Assembly: GCF_037042905.1 (NCBI RefSeq) | Contig: NC_087252.1 | Span: forward strand, 15,254,001-15,318,000 | Reading direction: 5' to 3' | From: Lytechinus pictus | Lineage: Eukaryota | DNA length: 64,000 bases | In this document: piece by piece, positions 1 through 12,934 of the stretch | How the letters are laid out: the number at the start of each line of letters is the position of its first letter | Numbering within the stretch: the stretch's first letter is position 1 | Notes under the pieces: model-generated | Database searches by the model: none | What the model saw: only the letters and a program-made list of their open reading frames with translations | Told to the model about the DNA's origin: nothing | Translations under genes and position numbers: made by a program

Positions 1-633
1 ATGACTTCTATTGATAACAACTGGATTTGTCAGTGTTGTATTTTGCAGTACATGTACATTTAGCTTATTATGAAGTTTGTATTGTATTTGTGTTACAGGC
101 GTTCCCTGCCACAAGATTTAGCTTTGAGGGAACTATGCCTTCTTCTGTAACAGATCTGTTACATATGAATGCACTTATAATATGACAAATGATTTTGTAT
201 TGATATTGAAAAAGTGATATTTTATGAAAATTGAAGAAAATAAATGTTTATTTGAATGAAAAATGATAAAGTTAATTTAACCATTTAGAAAATAAAAATA
301 CAATAAGCGTGTAACAGTACATGTAGCTGAGCTGAAGCTAGGTACATGTTATTATGCTGCATTTATTTAGAGCACTATTAAGAGACTTCCAAGAAAGAGG
401 TATTAGGCGCCATATAGGCAAGTACATGTACATGTATGAATAAAATAACGAATAACAAAAACTTTGGAGTAAGGCCACAAATGTTGCTAATCAATTAACC
501 TTTATTTCGTTTTCAGGCAAACAAGCTTCTTTGCATAGGAAATTTGTGTGACTTTGGAATAACCAACCTTCAGAATAATAAATCCTTGGGATAATGAGTG
601 TATGTATACCCTATGTTTTGTCTTCCCGATCAG

Positions 634-850
634 ATCACCCAATCAACGCTCCTTCAAAGTCGGATCCCTTTGAGATGGAGCTACCTGATGCGATCAGCTG
701 TGAGTTGAAGCAGATAGAAGGTGTGATGAGAGTCTTTGAGAATCAGGAGAAACTGGATAAGAATGAACCGATTGAGTTAGCCTACCCGGACAGGTCCACG
801 TTCCTCGTTGATAGTTACAAAATGCTGGCCCTCATTGCTAACGGCCCCAT
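634..850 (+). CDS. AMPD2: AMP deaminase, first coding exon visible in window (DHPINAP...LIANGP)
   Basis: cag acceptor at 631-633 and gtgagt donor at 851; phase joins next exon to give [13 protein letters not shown], typical of AMP deaminases. Confidence 0.88.
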
Positions 851-979
851 GTGAGTTTACCGTTGACTACTTCAGCATCATGAAAAAAGAATCCATGAAA
901 ATCCATATTTTCTTGTTCAAAATAGGCATTTGAAATAGTAACACTCCGAAAATCCATTTTGCCCAATTGATTGTGGGCC

Positions 980-1104
980 CGGCAGCCAGTGTGCAGCGCC
1001 AGACTGCGTGGCAGTAACGCCTTTTGTCTGACGCGGCCGGGGTTTGAACTCCCGACCTCCTGATTGTGAGACGGACGCTCGACCAACCGAGCCAACACAC
1101 CGGT
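980..1104 (-). mobile_element. tRNA-derived SINE
   Basis: A box (TGGCTCGGTTGG) and B box (GGAGTTCAAACCCC) followed by a non-tRNA body. Confidence 0.7.
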
Positions 1105-1300
1105 ATCTTCATGTGATTGTCCTGAAAGGGATAGTCACAATTGATACATGAATTGTATAAGATTTTCATCGGAAATTTTTAATCGATCACAAGTGTTTTC
1201 TTGCAACATCTATAGACCGATATCCAGAACTCCATGCTGTCTCAGATTTGAATCTGAGTAAATCATTATGAGGGTTGTTCTACACTCAGGGTATCACTAA

Positions 1301-1710
1301 AGGCCACCGCACACCTTTCGACCCGACAAGTCTACGACTGGCTTGCGACTGAGTGAAGGGAGATGTGACGTCACAGCTCTTGTCAGCTTGAGAGTCGCAG
1401 ACCGGTCAGAGACAAGTCACAATGGAAATCGTAAGGATTTGACATGTGGAATCCTTATGACTGGATCGCAAGCTCAATCCAACTTCTAGCCAATCAGACA
1501 CCAGAGTTGCATGACGCGTATATGGTATACAAAGCGCATACGCAGTAGCAAGCGCCATTTTCTCAGTTGCTATGGCAAAAAGTATGGGTGAGTCGTATAC
1601 AGCAGACAGGTGTGCGGTGTTGAGGCTTGTGACTACCTTGCAATTCATCTCTACTCACTCAGTCGCAAGCCAGACGTAGACCAATCGGGTCATAAGGTGT
1701 GCGGTGGCCT
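1301..1710. mobile_element. PIF/Harbinger-like MITE
   Basis: TIR aggccaccgcacacctt; TAA TSD; long internal palindrome. Confidence 0.8.
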
Positions 1711-1774
1711 TAAACTAAAAATACAGCATTGTACCCTATCAATGATAGTGACTCTTTTTTTAATTCTTCCGTAG

Positions 1775-1904
1775 TAAATCCTTCTCCTATCGCCGGCTGT
1801 CCTACCTATCGTCCAAGTTCCACCTTCACAATCTTCTGAATGAGATGAAAGAACTAGCTGCACAGAAGAGTGTGCCCCACAGGGACTTCTATAATCTCAG
1901 AAAG
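1775..1904 (+). CDS. AMPD2: AMP deaminase exon ([43 protein letters not shown])
   Basis: AG/GT boundaries; conserved AMPD motif PHRDFYNxRK. Confidence 0.95.
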
Positions 1905-2059
1905 GTAAAAATAATAATTATTATAATAATAATATGTCCATTTATATAGCGCAGTTACTACGTGCATATACTCAACTGCGCTTTGATGCTTGGTATCATA
2001 TTATTACCCTGGCTGTAGCTGAGCCGCCATATTAGTAGGCGCTAAAGATGATAATAATA

Positions 2060-2337
2060 ATAATATAGGTATATTTACCTAGGGTAGCCACTTCAGTTTC
2101 GAAAACTGTTCTACCAGCAGGCCCTGCTATTATTGTTACTCCGGCTTTAGCTGGGCTGCCTGGGCGCTCAAGTATTCAAGGAATAATCCTACCGGGTACC
2201 CATTCACCTCACCTGGGTCGAGTGCAGCGCAATGTGGATAAATTTCTTGCCGAATGAAATTACGCCATGGCTGGGATTTGAACCCACGACCCTCTGTTTC
2301 AAAGTCCGGAGACCAATCCACTGGGCCACGACGCTCC
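2060..2337 (-). mobile_element. tRNA-derived SINE
   Basis: Head GGAGCGTCGTGGCCCAGTGG..GGTTCAAATCCC, core gacccaggtgaggtgaatgggtacc, (TTA)n tail. Confidence 0.8.
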
Positions 2338-2637
2338 AATAATTGTAATGATAATAATAATAATAATAATGATGATAATAATAGTAATGATGATAATAAT
2401 AATTATAGTAACAAAAGCATTTATTATGCGCCATCTATCTAGTAAACTACTCTGAGTTGTTTAGGGATAAAAAGTTAATGGAGTAAGGAATTTCAGATAG
2501 TTTATGTGTATATATGTGGGGTGCATTTATTCATGAAATTGGCTAACAACAATAGTAAGATGAAAACAGATAGGATTTTCCTATAGCTGATACATGCAGG
2601 AATGTGAGGCCTTGTGTTGATATCTTATGTAAAATGT

Positions 2638-2935
2638 GGAGCGTCGTGGCCCAGTGGATTAGTCTCCGGACTTTGAAACAGAGGGTCATGGGTTCAAATC
2701 CCAGCCATGGCGTAATTTCCTTCAGCAAGGAATTCATCCACAGTGTGCTGCACTCGACCCAAGTGAGGTAAATGGGTATCGGCAGGAAGTATAATTCCTC
2801 AAAAAGCTGTGTGCACCGAATAGGTAGCCTAGCTTAGCCGGGCGATGATAATAGCAGGGCCCGCTTGGAGAACAGTTTTCGGAACTGAAGTGGCTACCCT
2901 GGGTAAATATACCGTTATTATTGTTATTATTATTA
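2638..2935 (+). mobile_element. tRNA-derived SINE, same family as 2060-2337, inverted
   Basis: Near-identical head and core; TTA tail. Confidence 0.8.
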
Positions 2936-3325
2936 TATTTCAGTTTGATTCAGTTGACTAAGATTTTATTTATTGTCCCATTAGTGAAAATTCTCTTTGA
3001 TTTACATGTCAATGCAATTAATACTTCACAAATATGCAGCGTCATGTGTAAATCAGAATCCTGGCCAAGGGAAACTGTTTATTATACACACCACAATATA
3101 AAGCCATGTTGGCATGTTTAAGCGGCATTGTGTATTGGTTCTGACTCTTGCCTTGGACTCAGAGGGTCGTGTGTTCGAATCTAGTGTCAATCCACACCTT
3201 GCCACTCTCCATCCAGGTGTTCAATGGGTACCCGATGCGAAAGCCTATTTAGTATGCCTAACAATTGATCGAGTCTTAGAAATCTTGTTAGAATGTTTGC
3301 CAAGGGAGTGGAGAAAGGCGTACTG

Positions 3326-3472
3326 GGGCCTGTTGCAGAAAGAGTTGCGATCAAACGCAACTAAAAAAATCTTGCGCAACTTGATTTTCAGCCAATGAAG
3401 CAAACGTATTCTGGAAATGCGTTTGATATTTTGACTTGCATTTAAACGCAACTCTTTCTGCAACAGGCCCCA
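3326..3472. mobile_element. Palindromic Harbinger-like MITE (second copy at 40399-40543)
   Basis: TIR gggccYgttgcagaaagagttgcg. Confidence 0.7.
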
Positions 3473-3571
3473 GGGGTAATAAAAATGACAATGTAAAACA
3501 CTATGAAACACAATATATTAAGCGCTATGTAAAATGTAACTATTATTATTATCATGTTACTTATATTTCAG

Positions 3572-3709
3572 GTTGATACTCACGTCCACGCAGCGTCGTG
3601 TATGAATCAGAAACATCTCCTTCGATTCATCAAGAAGAAGATGAAGACGGAGGCATCAAGAGAAGTCTACTTTGACAAGAAACTTGGAAGGGTTTTGACT
3701 CTTAAAGAG
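3572..3709 (+). CDS. AMPD2: AMP deaminase exon ([23 protein letters not shown]...TLKE), contains the zinc-binding HxH motif
   Basis: ttcag acceptor and gtcagt donor; [20 protein letters not shown] signature. Confidence 0.96.
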
Positions 3710-4626
3710 GTCAGTTCATATTTTAGACGATATACATGTAAGTCAATCGGCCTCATTTTATTCTTTTAAACGTAGACCAAAAAAGTTTATTTTACAATCG
3801 TATGCAGGTAAATGCTTTTCATGAATGACCATCATGTAAATCTCTATATGATGTGTTTATTTTTCTTCATTTGATTCATTTATCTTCGTTGCGTTAGGAG
3901 TTTTTAATAAAGTATTTTTTGTGTTCAGTATGAAGTAAGTAAATCTATAACTGGAAATAACTCACTTTTGCGGTATCGTCATTCACACAAAAATGCCAAT
4001 TGGTAAACGTCACAACATTGAATTGTTATTTCCAGTTTTCAAATTAGGATGGTGTTTCAGGTCAATTAATATTCACTTTTCTGAAGCACTTAATGATTTT
4101 CAGGTGCAATTTTTCAGGGCTTCATTTTCATGAGATCTCACAGGCACAGGAAACCAACCGGACATTGCAGCTCAGATTTTAAAAGGCATATTCTACATTT
4201 AACATTGCTTTGACTTTACAAAATCCGAGCTGTAAGGTCCCACTTTTCACACGTGTCTTTGATATGTACCAAAAATGAAGGGCAGAGAAAAAAATCATGT
4301 CCAAAAGCCATCATTTTGTGCTTGAAAAATATGAAATATTAAGTGATCAGAAACACCATCTTACATGTAATTGAATTACATACACGAAATGTTTTGTTAC
4401 TGACTCGAAGAGGCATAATTATGAAATCGTGGTTGAGTTGTACTTATATCTTTTCAATCTCAATAATGGTCGTTTTCAGGATTTTTTAATTCTGATACAT
4501 GTACTCATACACACATTTCATCTTGGTTTTTAGAAGTTTTTAAATCGGCTGTTCACAAAGCTATCCAAATGCCCTAAAAGTCAAATCAGTGTAAACTTAT
4601 ATACGTAATTATTATTTTTATTACAG

Positions 4627-4689
4627 GTGTTTGACAGTATGAACCTCAATGCATATGATATGAATGTAGACATGCTGGATGTCCATGCT
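4627..4689 (+). CDS. AMPD2: AMP deaminase exon (VFDSMNLNAYDMNVDMLDVHA)
   Basis: ttacag acceptor and gtgagt donor; conserved YDxxVDxLDVHA. Confidence 0.93.
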
Positions 4690-5492
4690 GTGAGTATATA
4701 CTCAATATTTATCTAAGGCCTTTTAGAGTTCTATCATGCACTGTGAAGGAGTTTTTGCTCCATGGTCTCATAACACAAAGATTAGCGATTGATCGTACGC
4801 TTGATTTTCACGATTGATTGTACATTGTAGTCAATGCAATCAATCTTAGAAAAATGTTCTACGATCATTGCTAAGCTTTGTGTTACGGGCCCTGTGATAT
4901 ATGGAGGGTTCAAGAGCATAGTAAATGTATTAAAAATGCCCGTCAAATGACAAAGAAAAGCTGGGAGGTCTTTGTCGAAAATTGATGAACTGGAACGGCA
5001 GTATCGTCGGAAGTTTCGGAGCTGACAAAAAAAATGCGAATATGTCGTTTATCCAAAGTCAGGGACAAAACTGCCATTTTGATTCGCCAATTTTCGACAA
5101 AGACTTTTGGTTGTTCTTCGTCATCAGGGGCATTTGACAATACATTATTTCCAAATAACATCTCTGTTTTTGAACTCTCTGTAAGTCACAGAGTGAAAAC
5201 TCCTATTAACATTCTTGCCAACTATCCCTATTTAAAGTGACAGTCCCTTTTTTTTGGAAAAAACAATCAAATGAGCCTGTGTCCCTATTAAAAAAAAACC
5301 TTGTCCATTGGATTGTGTTAAAAAAAATCAGCAATTACCTTATTTTCCTTTTTCTTTTGTTGATCCTTTGCCCTATTTATTCACTTGTAATGTTGGCAGG
5401 TACACGATGTACTAGTACTTATGAGAGAGAATTGGGAATAATTTTGTGATGTTTAAAGTATTACTCTTACATAGATTTTATTTTTGCACAAT

Positions 5493-5724
5493 GGGTGATT
5501 TCAAGTTCAGTGTTGACCTTTTTGTGTTAGTGTTAGGTCAATTTTTACGATTATAACAACAAACATAAAATGAAGATGGTCCTGAAAAGTCACTCACTAG
5601 TTGTTGAGATGTCAGTAATGTGATGTGGATCAGTTTTACAAACACTGAATAAGTTTTGGAGCAAGGGGAAGCAATCAAAATTTCAACACCAACACCAAGG
5701 CCAACACTGGACTTGAAATCACCC
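5493..5724. mobile_element. MITE with gggtgatttcaag TIRs (inverted copy at 59845-60072)
   Basis: TIRs, AAT TSD, two similar copies in window. Confidence 0.8.
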
Positions 5725-5747
5725 AATGCACTTTGTTTTGGTGTCAG

Positions 5748-5879
5748 GACCGCAATACGTTCCATCGATTTGACAAGTTCAATTCCAAGTACAACCCGAT
5801 CGGAGAGAGCAAGCTGAGAGAGATCTTCATCAAGACAGATAACTTCATCGAAGGAGAATACTTCGCTCAGCTTATCAAG
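5748..5879 (+). CDS. AMPD2: AMP deaminase exon ([32 protein letters not shown]...IK)
   Basis: AG/GT boundaries; highly conserved [14 protein letters not shown] motif. Confidence 0.96.
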
Positions 5880-5992
5880 GTTAGCACTTCAGTATATTCA
5901 ATCGAATAAATTTCAATGTATGTTTATTTAAGTGGTAAATGCATATTTATACCTACTCTAATAACATCTGATTTTGTCTTTGATTGTATATA

Positions 5993-6230
5993 CAGTGGTG
6001 CTCAAAAGTTAGTGAACTCCACCAGAAAATTAACATACTTAAAGTGGTTGAGTTCTGCCATAATTTAGATATTTAATTGTGAAGTCAGGTGATAAAATAT
6101 TACATTAAATCATGTTTGTTTGTCCCTGGGCTTGCTGAACATTGTAGTGCTGCTGTCTACATATACATTCGACACTCAGCAATAAGGAGTACATTTTGTG
6201 GTGGGGTTGACTAACTTTTGAGCACAACAG
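5993..6230. mobile_element. Tc1/mariner-like MITE (relatives at 15683-15925 and an interrupted one at ~25733-28990)
   Basis: TA-CAGtggtgctcaaaagttagtgaac TIR. Confidence 0.7.
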
Positions 6231-6403
6231 AGTCATTACTGTATGTTATTATTTTGACCGATGACTGCTGGTGATTTTTTGGTGGAAACCACTGGACCAC
6301 TGAAATAAGAAATACATAAAAAAGACAGTGTTGCTGAAGACTATGAATATCAATCACTTAGACCTTTCATTTCCTTATTTAGATCTATCTATATATATAT
6401 ATA

Positions 6404-7145
6404 CAGTCCGACCTCTCTTATCCGGACACGTTGGGACCAGCACCAATCCGGATAAGGGATTTATCCGGATCTGGGAGACCCAATATTAAATACACACAGC
6501 TGCCTCCCTTATGGTAGCTACACGTAATCTACTGCAGTGGGCGTACACAGATAGTATTCACTGCAGTGTCAGTGCAAATTATAGGCGGTATTTTTACGGA
6601 AATGAAGTCGATCGATGGCCAAAACTGTTGGATAATTTACCTGCTAAAATGATTGAGGTATACATCGAGCATACCTCAAAAGAAAGAGAATGACTCGATG
6701 AAACTAAGTTTTACAATCAGATCATCGCGGCGGGTTTCGTAGCTTCGCAATGTCAGCCATTGTTATACTGACTGTAGGCTCAAAAATGATAGATGGCGCT
6801 GTCCATATTGAGGCCAAGCGTTAGCGTTTTTCCTGGGAAACAAAAAAGGGAACGTGATGAAATGTTTGCGCTGCGCCCTAATTTACTGGAAAATTATCCT
6901 GCCTAAGTTCTTTTGGTGAATTTCGATGAGATATTTTCATGAAAAATCATGTTGTTGTAGGTAGACTATATTGGAAAATATATGTAATCAAAGTGAGTTT
7001 TCGTATAGGATTGAGTTTAAATTGATATCTCATTTCCTCACGTACATGTACTACATTGAATTGAAGAAAAAAAATATCGGCAAGTGTGCGTCCGGATAAT
7101 AGAGAGATCCGGATAAGGGGAGGCCGGTTAAGAGAGGTCGGACTG
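6404..7145. mobile_element. pogo/Tigger-like MITE (older inverted copy at 37792-38526)
   Basis: TIR cagtccgacctctctta; TA TSD. Confidence 0.8.
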
Positions 7146-7307
7146 TATATGAAACCATTCACATCGTACTATATTTGAAATATGTAATCAGACAAGTATA
7201 GCCATGTAAATTTTCTTTAACAAGCAGGATATCTCAATTTTCTTGTGTGAATTCATCGTCCTGTTGCGTGGGCGTGACCTTTTTGTTTTGAGTGCTTGTG
7301 ACTCTTG

Positions 7308-7560
7308 GGCCCGAATTCACAAAGGTGGTTTTGAAAACCCAGTTGACTCCATGGTTTATGCAGATTTCCTGTATAAATTACGCCTATTTTACCGCGTATA
7401 TTAAAAATGTCCAATGCTGATGCGCGCTTTTGTCACAGTGCGCCAAATTGATGCCTGTTGCCGTTGTTATCCACGCTATTTTATTCATGAGTCCACTCTT
7501 CAAACAGTGGACTCATGAAATAAAAAAATCTGCATAAAACCACCTTTGTGAATTCGGGCC
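7308..7560. mobile_element. Harbinger-like MITE
   Basis: TIR ggcccgaattcacaaaggtggtttt. Confidence 0.75.
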
Positions 7561-8056
7561 TTAGTTACTCCACAGAAGAATTGTAACAGATTAACCAAAA
7601 GTCAAATGTGCCTCATGGTATTGGTGACGCAATTATTAAATGAGTGCTTTTCTTTTAAAGATACATGTAAAAAGAAAGTAGTTGCAGCAAACAATTACTT
7701 ATTGAGAAAGTTTTAAAATTAAGGTTAAATGCTACCATATCATCATAGACCTAGCTCTGGTGCATTAAAATCAACTTATCTTTGTGAAATCATGAAATCT
7801 TACCTGAAAACCGATAATCACTAACACGAAAAGGCATATGTGGGATAGCGTATTAATATTTTTGGGAAATCACCCGCCATGGAATTCTGTGCTTATTTTG
7901 CTCATTTGTAAGCAATTACACATTTTTTTCCAGAGCCATTTGTTACACATTTTTATTTATACGTACATACACTTGGGTGGTCAATTTATTGGATTCTGTT
8001 TGAACTCATTTTGATATCCTCACAATAACCAGTACTTATCTTTTACCACTCTTCAG

Positions 8057-8220
8057 GAGGTTGCAGCAGATTTGGAGGAATCTAAGTACCAGAATGCCGA
8101 GTACAGACTCTCTATCTATGGTCGCAACCGCAATGAATGGGACAACCTAGCCAAGTGGGCTGTCAAGCACCACGTCTACTCAGACAATATCCGATGGCTC
8201 ATACAGGTTCCTAGACTATA
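8057..8220 (+). CDS. AMPD2: AMP deaminase exon ([23 protein letters not shown]...[10 protein letters not shown])
   Basis: cttcag acceptor and gtaagt donor; conserved motifs. Confidence 0.96.
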
Positions 8221-8679
8221 GTAAGTAATATCATGTACATGTATGTAGAGTGTGCTAGCGATGCAGTAAAAATGTGTATTTTGGTCTGCATCAATTGCCC
8301 GTGCAGTATCAGAGGGTATCCCTAAAAAAGACCAAAATCACACGAATATTCCATAGGCTCCTGTACAAAATTTGCAGTTGAATATGAGACCATATTCAAA
8401 AGTCTAGTGCGCAAGCGCGAATGCGTGAAATATACAACGCATACGACAATGAAAGCAATGCGATGTGCAGCATAGAGCACATGCTCAATGATGTCATAAT
8501 GAAATACACGTACATGTGAGTCGCATGTCAATGACCAAAATTTATCCTAAAGTGGTGATACCATAATGTGACAATTGATATGACTAGTTCAATCAAATTT
8601 CTCCCTCTTTTTTTTTGAGGGGGGGGGGGGGGGTGGGATAGAAAATTATATTGGATGGCTTTTGAAATACAAGAAATAT

Positions 8680-8947
8680 ATTATCATTATCTGAACCTGG
8701 CATGCAATTTATGCTCTTTCCCCACTCCCTGGGGAGCATTCCAAAACAAGAGTTCCAAGACTTCATTGCTAGACATACTTCATTTGCTTTCGCATCCTAC
8801 TGGGTACCCATTTAACACCTACATGAAGGTGGAGAGTGGCAAATTGTGAATTGACACCTTGCCAAAGGACGTTAGGCCATGGTGGGATTCCAACACACAA
8901 CCCTCTGATTGCAAGGCGAGAGTCAGAACCGATACACCACGGCGCTT
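8680..8947 (-). mobile_element. tRNA-derived SINE (diverged)
   Basis: tRNA-like head and aaatgggtaccc core. Confidence 0.65.
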
Positions 8948-9010
8948 CTATGCTGCTCTTACTTTTGACAAGCTACCTTTAATATTTCCATTTTCTTTTA
9001 TCATTTTCAG

Positions 9011-9137
9011 TGACGTGTACAAGTCTAATAAGTTGGTGTCTAACTTTGGTGATCTGCTGTCCAACCTGTTCGGACCTCTCTTTGAAGTGACCCGGGATCC
9101 AAGCTCTCATCCAGACCTTTATAAGTTCCTTAAATAT
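9011..9137 (+). CDS. AMPD2: AMP deaminase exon (DVYKSNKLVSNF...PLFEVTRDPSSHPDLYKFLKY)
   Basis: ttttcag acceptor and gtaagt donor; phase consistent with neighbours. Confidence 0.95.
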
Positions 9138-10863
9138 GTAAGTATCTCCAATCAGTGCACCGTTCCCAGCGGTGGAGGATCCAGCTAAAGGCACATCCGA
9201 CCCCTGCTCCACTGTTGAGAGGCATAAATAATATTTATTAGTGGAAAATGTCGTGCATACGCAAGTGAAGACAGTTTTTTCTTTTCGCTTGTCAAATTTT
9301 AATTTGTGGTTGAAAACCTTTTTTTTTCTTTGGGCTTGTCAAATTTTTTCGGGTACGAAATGTCCTTAATTTGTGGTTGAAACCTTTTTTTGGGCTCGTC
9401 AAAATTTTCCTCCGAAAATTTGCCCCCCCTTTTGGAAAATCCTGGATCCGCCCCTGGGAGTGAAGACCTTTTTTTTTTTGCTTGATCAACTTTTTTTTTT
9501 ACAGAAGAGCCCCTCCCACCCCTTTGGAAAATTCTGAACCCCCCCCCCCCCGATTCTCAATGAGCCATTTTATGATTACAATTTACATATGAGGAGACGA
9601 AGGTCATTGGTCATAAATTGGAATAGTGCTTATTGAACTGAGATGAGTATGGCGATTTCCATGTTATTTTAAGATATGCTTGTTATCGCATTTAAAGAAT
9701 AATAAAAAAAAATATTCATTCATGTTTGGTATTTGACAATGGGTCAAATGATAGCCAATTTAGTTTAAAGCAGACAATGTGATAGATGCTCTCCCGATTT
9801 GGAAATTAATGTAAGATTATTTGACCATAAACTGATTTTAATGTTTAACTCTCAAGGTGTAGATGATGAATCCAAGCCCGGAGACCTCATCTGCTCTGCA
9901 GATATCCCAGAAATCTAGCACTGGTATGGTGATACCATAATGTCTTACTAAAATTATCTTAATGATTTGACTATCAAGGTTCTGGGCTTGACGGCGAAGA
10001 CAATTACTCCAAGCCAGAAGACTTCTTCTTCTCTGCAGAAAGGCCGGAAACTGAGAACTCAAATCTCTTTCATAAAGCGTTACAACTATTGTAACTTTGC
10101 CATGATACTACTATGGTAGAAGGGCTCAAATATCTGATCACAATTAAGATTTCCATGGTACATGTAGCTACATTAATGGCAAAGCTACCATGGTTATAAT
10201 TCTGTATGAAGGAGAGCGAGCAATGGAATGTTGGTACTCTCATTTATTTATTTATTTTTTTTTTTTTTGGGGGGGGGACGCAACAGTACAGGGTTCCCAG
10301 CCCATCAGGAAAATTGGGGAAAATTATTTTACTTTTTCCAGTCTGGGAAAAATCAGGGATTTGATTAAAAAAAACTCAAATCAGGAAAAAATGCCTCAAA
10401 TGAGGGAAAAATCAGGGAATTTTGATCAGCCCAAAAGTCAAAAGCACGGTAGTCAGTCAGACTCTGTTATATTTTGTTGCATATCATTATCAAGACAACA
10501 TCCATTGAATGACTGGTTATGGGGTACTAATTAGTTGTACATTATCGTTTTTATACTGAAAATAAATGTTGTTCACTGCAACAACTTTATAGAAAACATG
10601 CGAAACTGGGAATGGGTTTAAATAATTATCAACTTTTAACTTCAATATGATAAACTTCATCAGGGAAAAATCAGTGATTTTTTTTTTCTTGAAAAGCTGA
10701 GAACCCTGCAAAAGATGTCTCCCCCCCCCACCCCCCATGATCAAAGGATAATCCTCATGTGCCAATGCCCATGCTCTTGTCTCACTAAAGTTATATTTAT
10801 TTCTTCATTATTAAGGTGTCTGGATTTGACAGCGTAGTCGCTGAATCCAAGCCGGAAGACCTG

Positions 10864-10993
10864 GGTCCCGTAACACAAAGGTTAGCGATCAATCGTATGC
10901 TTGATTTTCATGATTGATTGTACATTGTAGTCAATGCAATCAATCGTAGAAAAATGTTGTATGATCAATCGCTAACCTTTGTGTTACGGGCCC
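10864..10993. mobile_element. Harbinger-like MITE inserted in a pseudo-exon (relative at ~4764-4892)
   Basis: TIR ggNcccgtaacacaaagg; CTG TSD confirmed by the uninterrupted exon copy. Confidence 0.85.
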
Positions 10994-11373
10994 CTGGTCT
11001 TCTCAGCAGATAGCACAGAACCTGAGAACTGGAACCTGTTTCACAAAACTTTGCCATAATGGAACTATCGTAAAACAGCTCAGTAGCCAATCACAGTCAA
11101 TGTTTTTCTTGGTAGTTTCCATGGTAATTTCTAACTAAACTTATTTGACTTTTTTAACTCTCAAGGTTTCAGGATTTGACAGTGTAGACGATGAATCCAT
11201 GCCGAAAGACCTGGTCTCAGCGGATAGCCTGGAACCTGAGAACTGGAACCTGTTTCACAAAACTTTGCCATAATACAGCTATCCAGGCTCAGTAGCCAAT
11301 CACAGTCAATGTTTTTCTTGGTAGTTACCATGGTAATTTCTAAGTAAACTTATTTTACTTTTCAACTCTCAAG

Positions 11374-11537
11374 GTTTCAGGATTTGACAGCGTAGACGAT
11401 GAATCCAAGCCGGAAGACCTGGTCTTCTCAGCGGATAGCCCGGAACCTGAGAACTGGAGCGGTAACGACAATCCACCATACAGCTACTACCTGTACTACA
11501 TGTACTCTAACATTGTAGTGCTCAATAACTTCCGAAG
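11374..11537 (+). CDS. AMPD2: AMP deaminase exon ([14 protein letters not shown]...[22 protein letters not shown])
   Basis: aag acceptor and gtaagg donor; [12 protein letters not shown] and NPPYSYY motifs; the only complete copy of five similar segments. Confidence 0.94.
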
Positions 11538-11784
11538 GTAAGGCCACTTTGCTCTCTTCACACAAATTGAAATATGATGATGTATATGTGTATAAACATA
11601 GTTTTCTGCATCGATCATGGTAAAACAGATGTGTTTTGATCACTTTTGATTTTTTTTCTGATATTACAGGCATAGCCCTTTGTTAAAAAAGCGTCTATGA
11701 AATTTCAAAACAAATTAACGTACCAGAATGGTTGTGTAGCAACAGAATGTAAAATTATGCTTCTGATGTGACTAATACCACATC

Positions 11785-12215
11785 AGAGGAAATAAAAAGG
11801 GACAGATAGCTGGAAAGTAAGAAAAAGAAAAAGCAAGAAAGAAAAAAAAAAGAGCAGGAAAAATTGGATAGAAAGAAGAAAGGAAGGGAGAAAGAATAAA
11901 GTAATAAAATAAAACTAAGAAAGAATAATGAGATAAAAAGAGAAGAAAAGATGAAAAAAGAAAAGAAGGGAAAAAGAAAGATAAAAGTAAATAGAATGAA
12001 ATAAAGGCAGATAGAAAGAAAGAAGAGAGGAAGAAGAAATTAATAAAGCAGAAAGGAATAATAGAAAAAAGTAAGAAACAGATACAAAACAAGAGGGAAA
12101 AAAGAAGAGACAAAATATAGAAAGAGTGAAGAACAGGGAAATAACAGGAGAATAATAACAAATAAAGATAAAAAAGAAATTCATGTAGAGGAAAGAGGAA
12201 AGAACATGAAACAAG
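11785..12215. repeat. Purine-rich (GA/A) low-complexity tract
   Basis: Base composition. Confidence 0.8.
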
Positions 12216-12350
12216 TATTTGATAGTTGACGAATGAAATGAGACAACAATGAATTATAGTCGAAAAGGAAATGTGTTAAGTAAACATTCAACCTAATGAT
12301 ATCAGTTAAATTCCTTTCAAATTGAAATTCAGTTTTCTTTTTATGCTTAA

Positions 12351-12934
12351 AGGAGAATGAAACTCTTAAAGCAAGTTAGCTTTTGTGAAAGCAGAAAAAT
12401 CAACGAATAAGATCAACAAAAGTTTGAGTAAAATAGGACTAGCAATAGAAGAGTTATGAGCATTTGAATGTCAAGATCACTAATGCTATGGAGATCCTCC
12501 CATTGGCAATGCGACCAAGATCTGTGATGTCACAGATGAACAACTCTCCCCTTTTGGACACTGAAAATATACCCCAAAACATCTCTTTTTGCTCATTCTA
12601 ATCATATGACAAACGATTCATCAATGATATAATGTTGTGAAACCTCTGTACTTGTCCTCTTATAAAGAGAACACATCACCTTGTGATAGACTCTATAAAA
12701 GTGAGAATATAAGTGAAATAAGTACTAAAGTAATGAGGGAGCTGTACGTGTGTGACATCACAGATCTTGGTCGCATTGCCAATTAGAGGATCTACATGGC
12801 ATTAGTGATCTCAATATTCAAATGCTCATAACTTTCTTATTATTCATTCAATCTTCCTCAAACTTTCAACAATATGTTTCTTGGATTTTTCTCTTTGATA
12901 TGGATTCAGCTGGTTTCAAGGGTTTCATTCTCCT
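12351..12934. mobile_element. Kolobok/T2-like MITE
   Basis: TTAA-AGGAGAATGAAAC...GTTTCATTCTCCT-TTAA. Confidence 0.85.

Noticed and set aside
2638..2712. tRNA genes at SINE heads (also ~1033-1104, 16146, 29207)
   Set aside because: They continue into a shared SINE body and tail and have poor acceptor stems
11772..12214. Phe/Leu/Ser-rich transmembrane-looking ORFs (also at 13387, 22079, 45761, 53899, 62156)
   Set aside because: Translations of low-complexity purine or pyrimidine tracts
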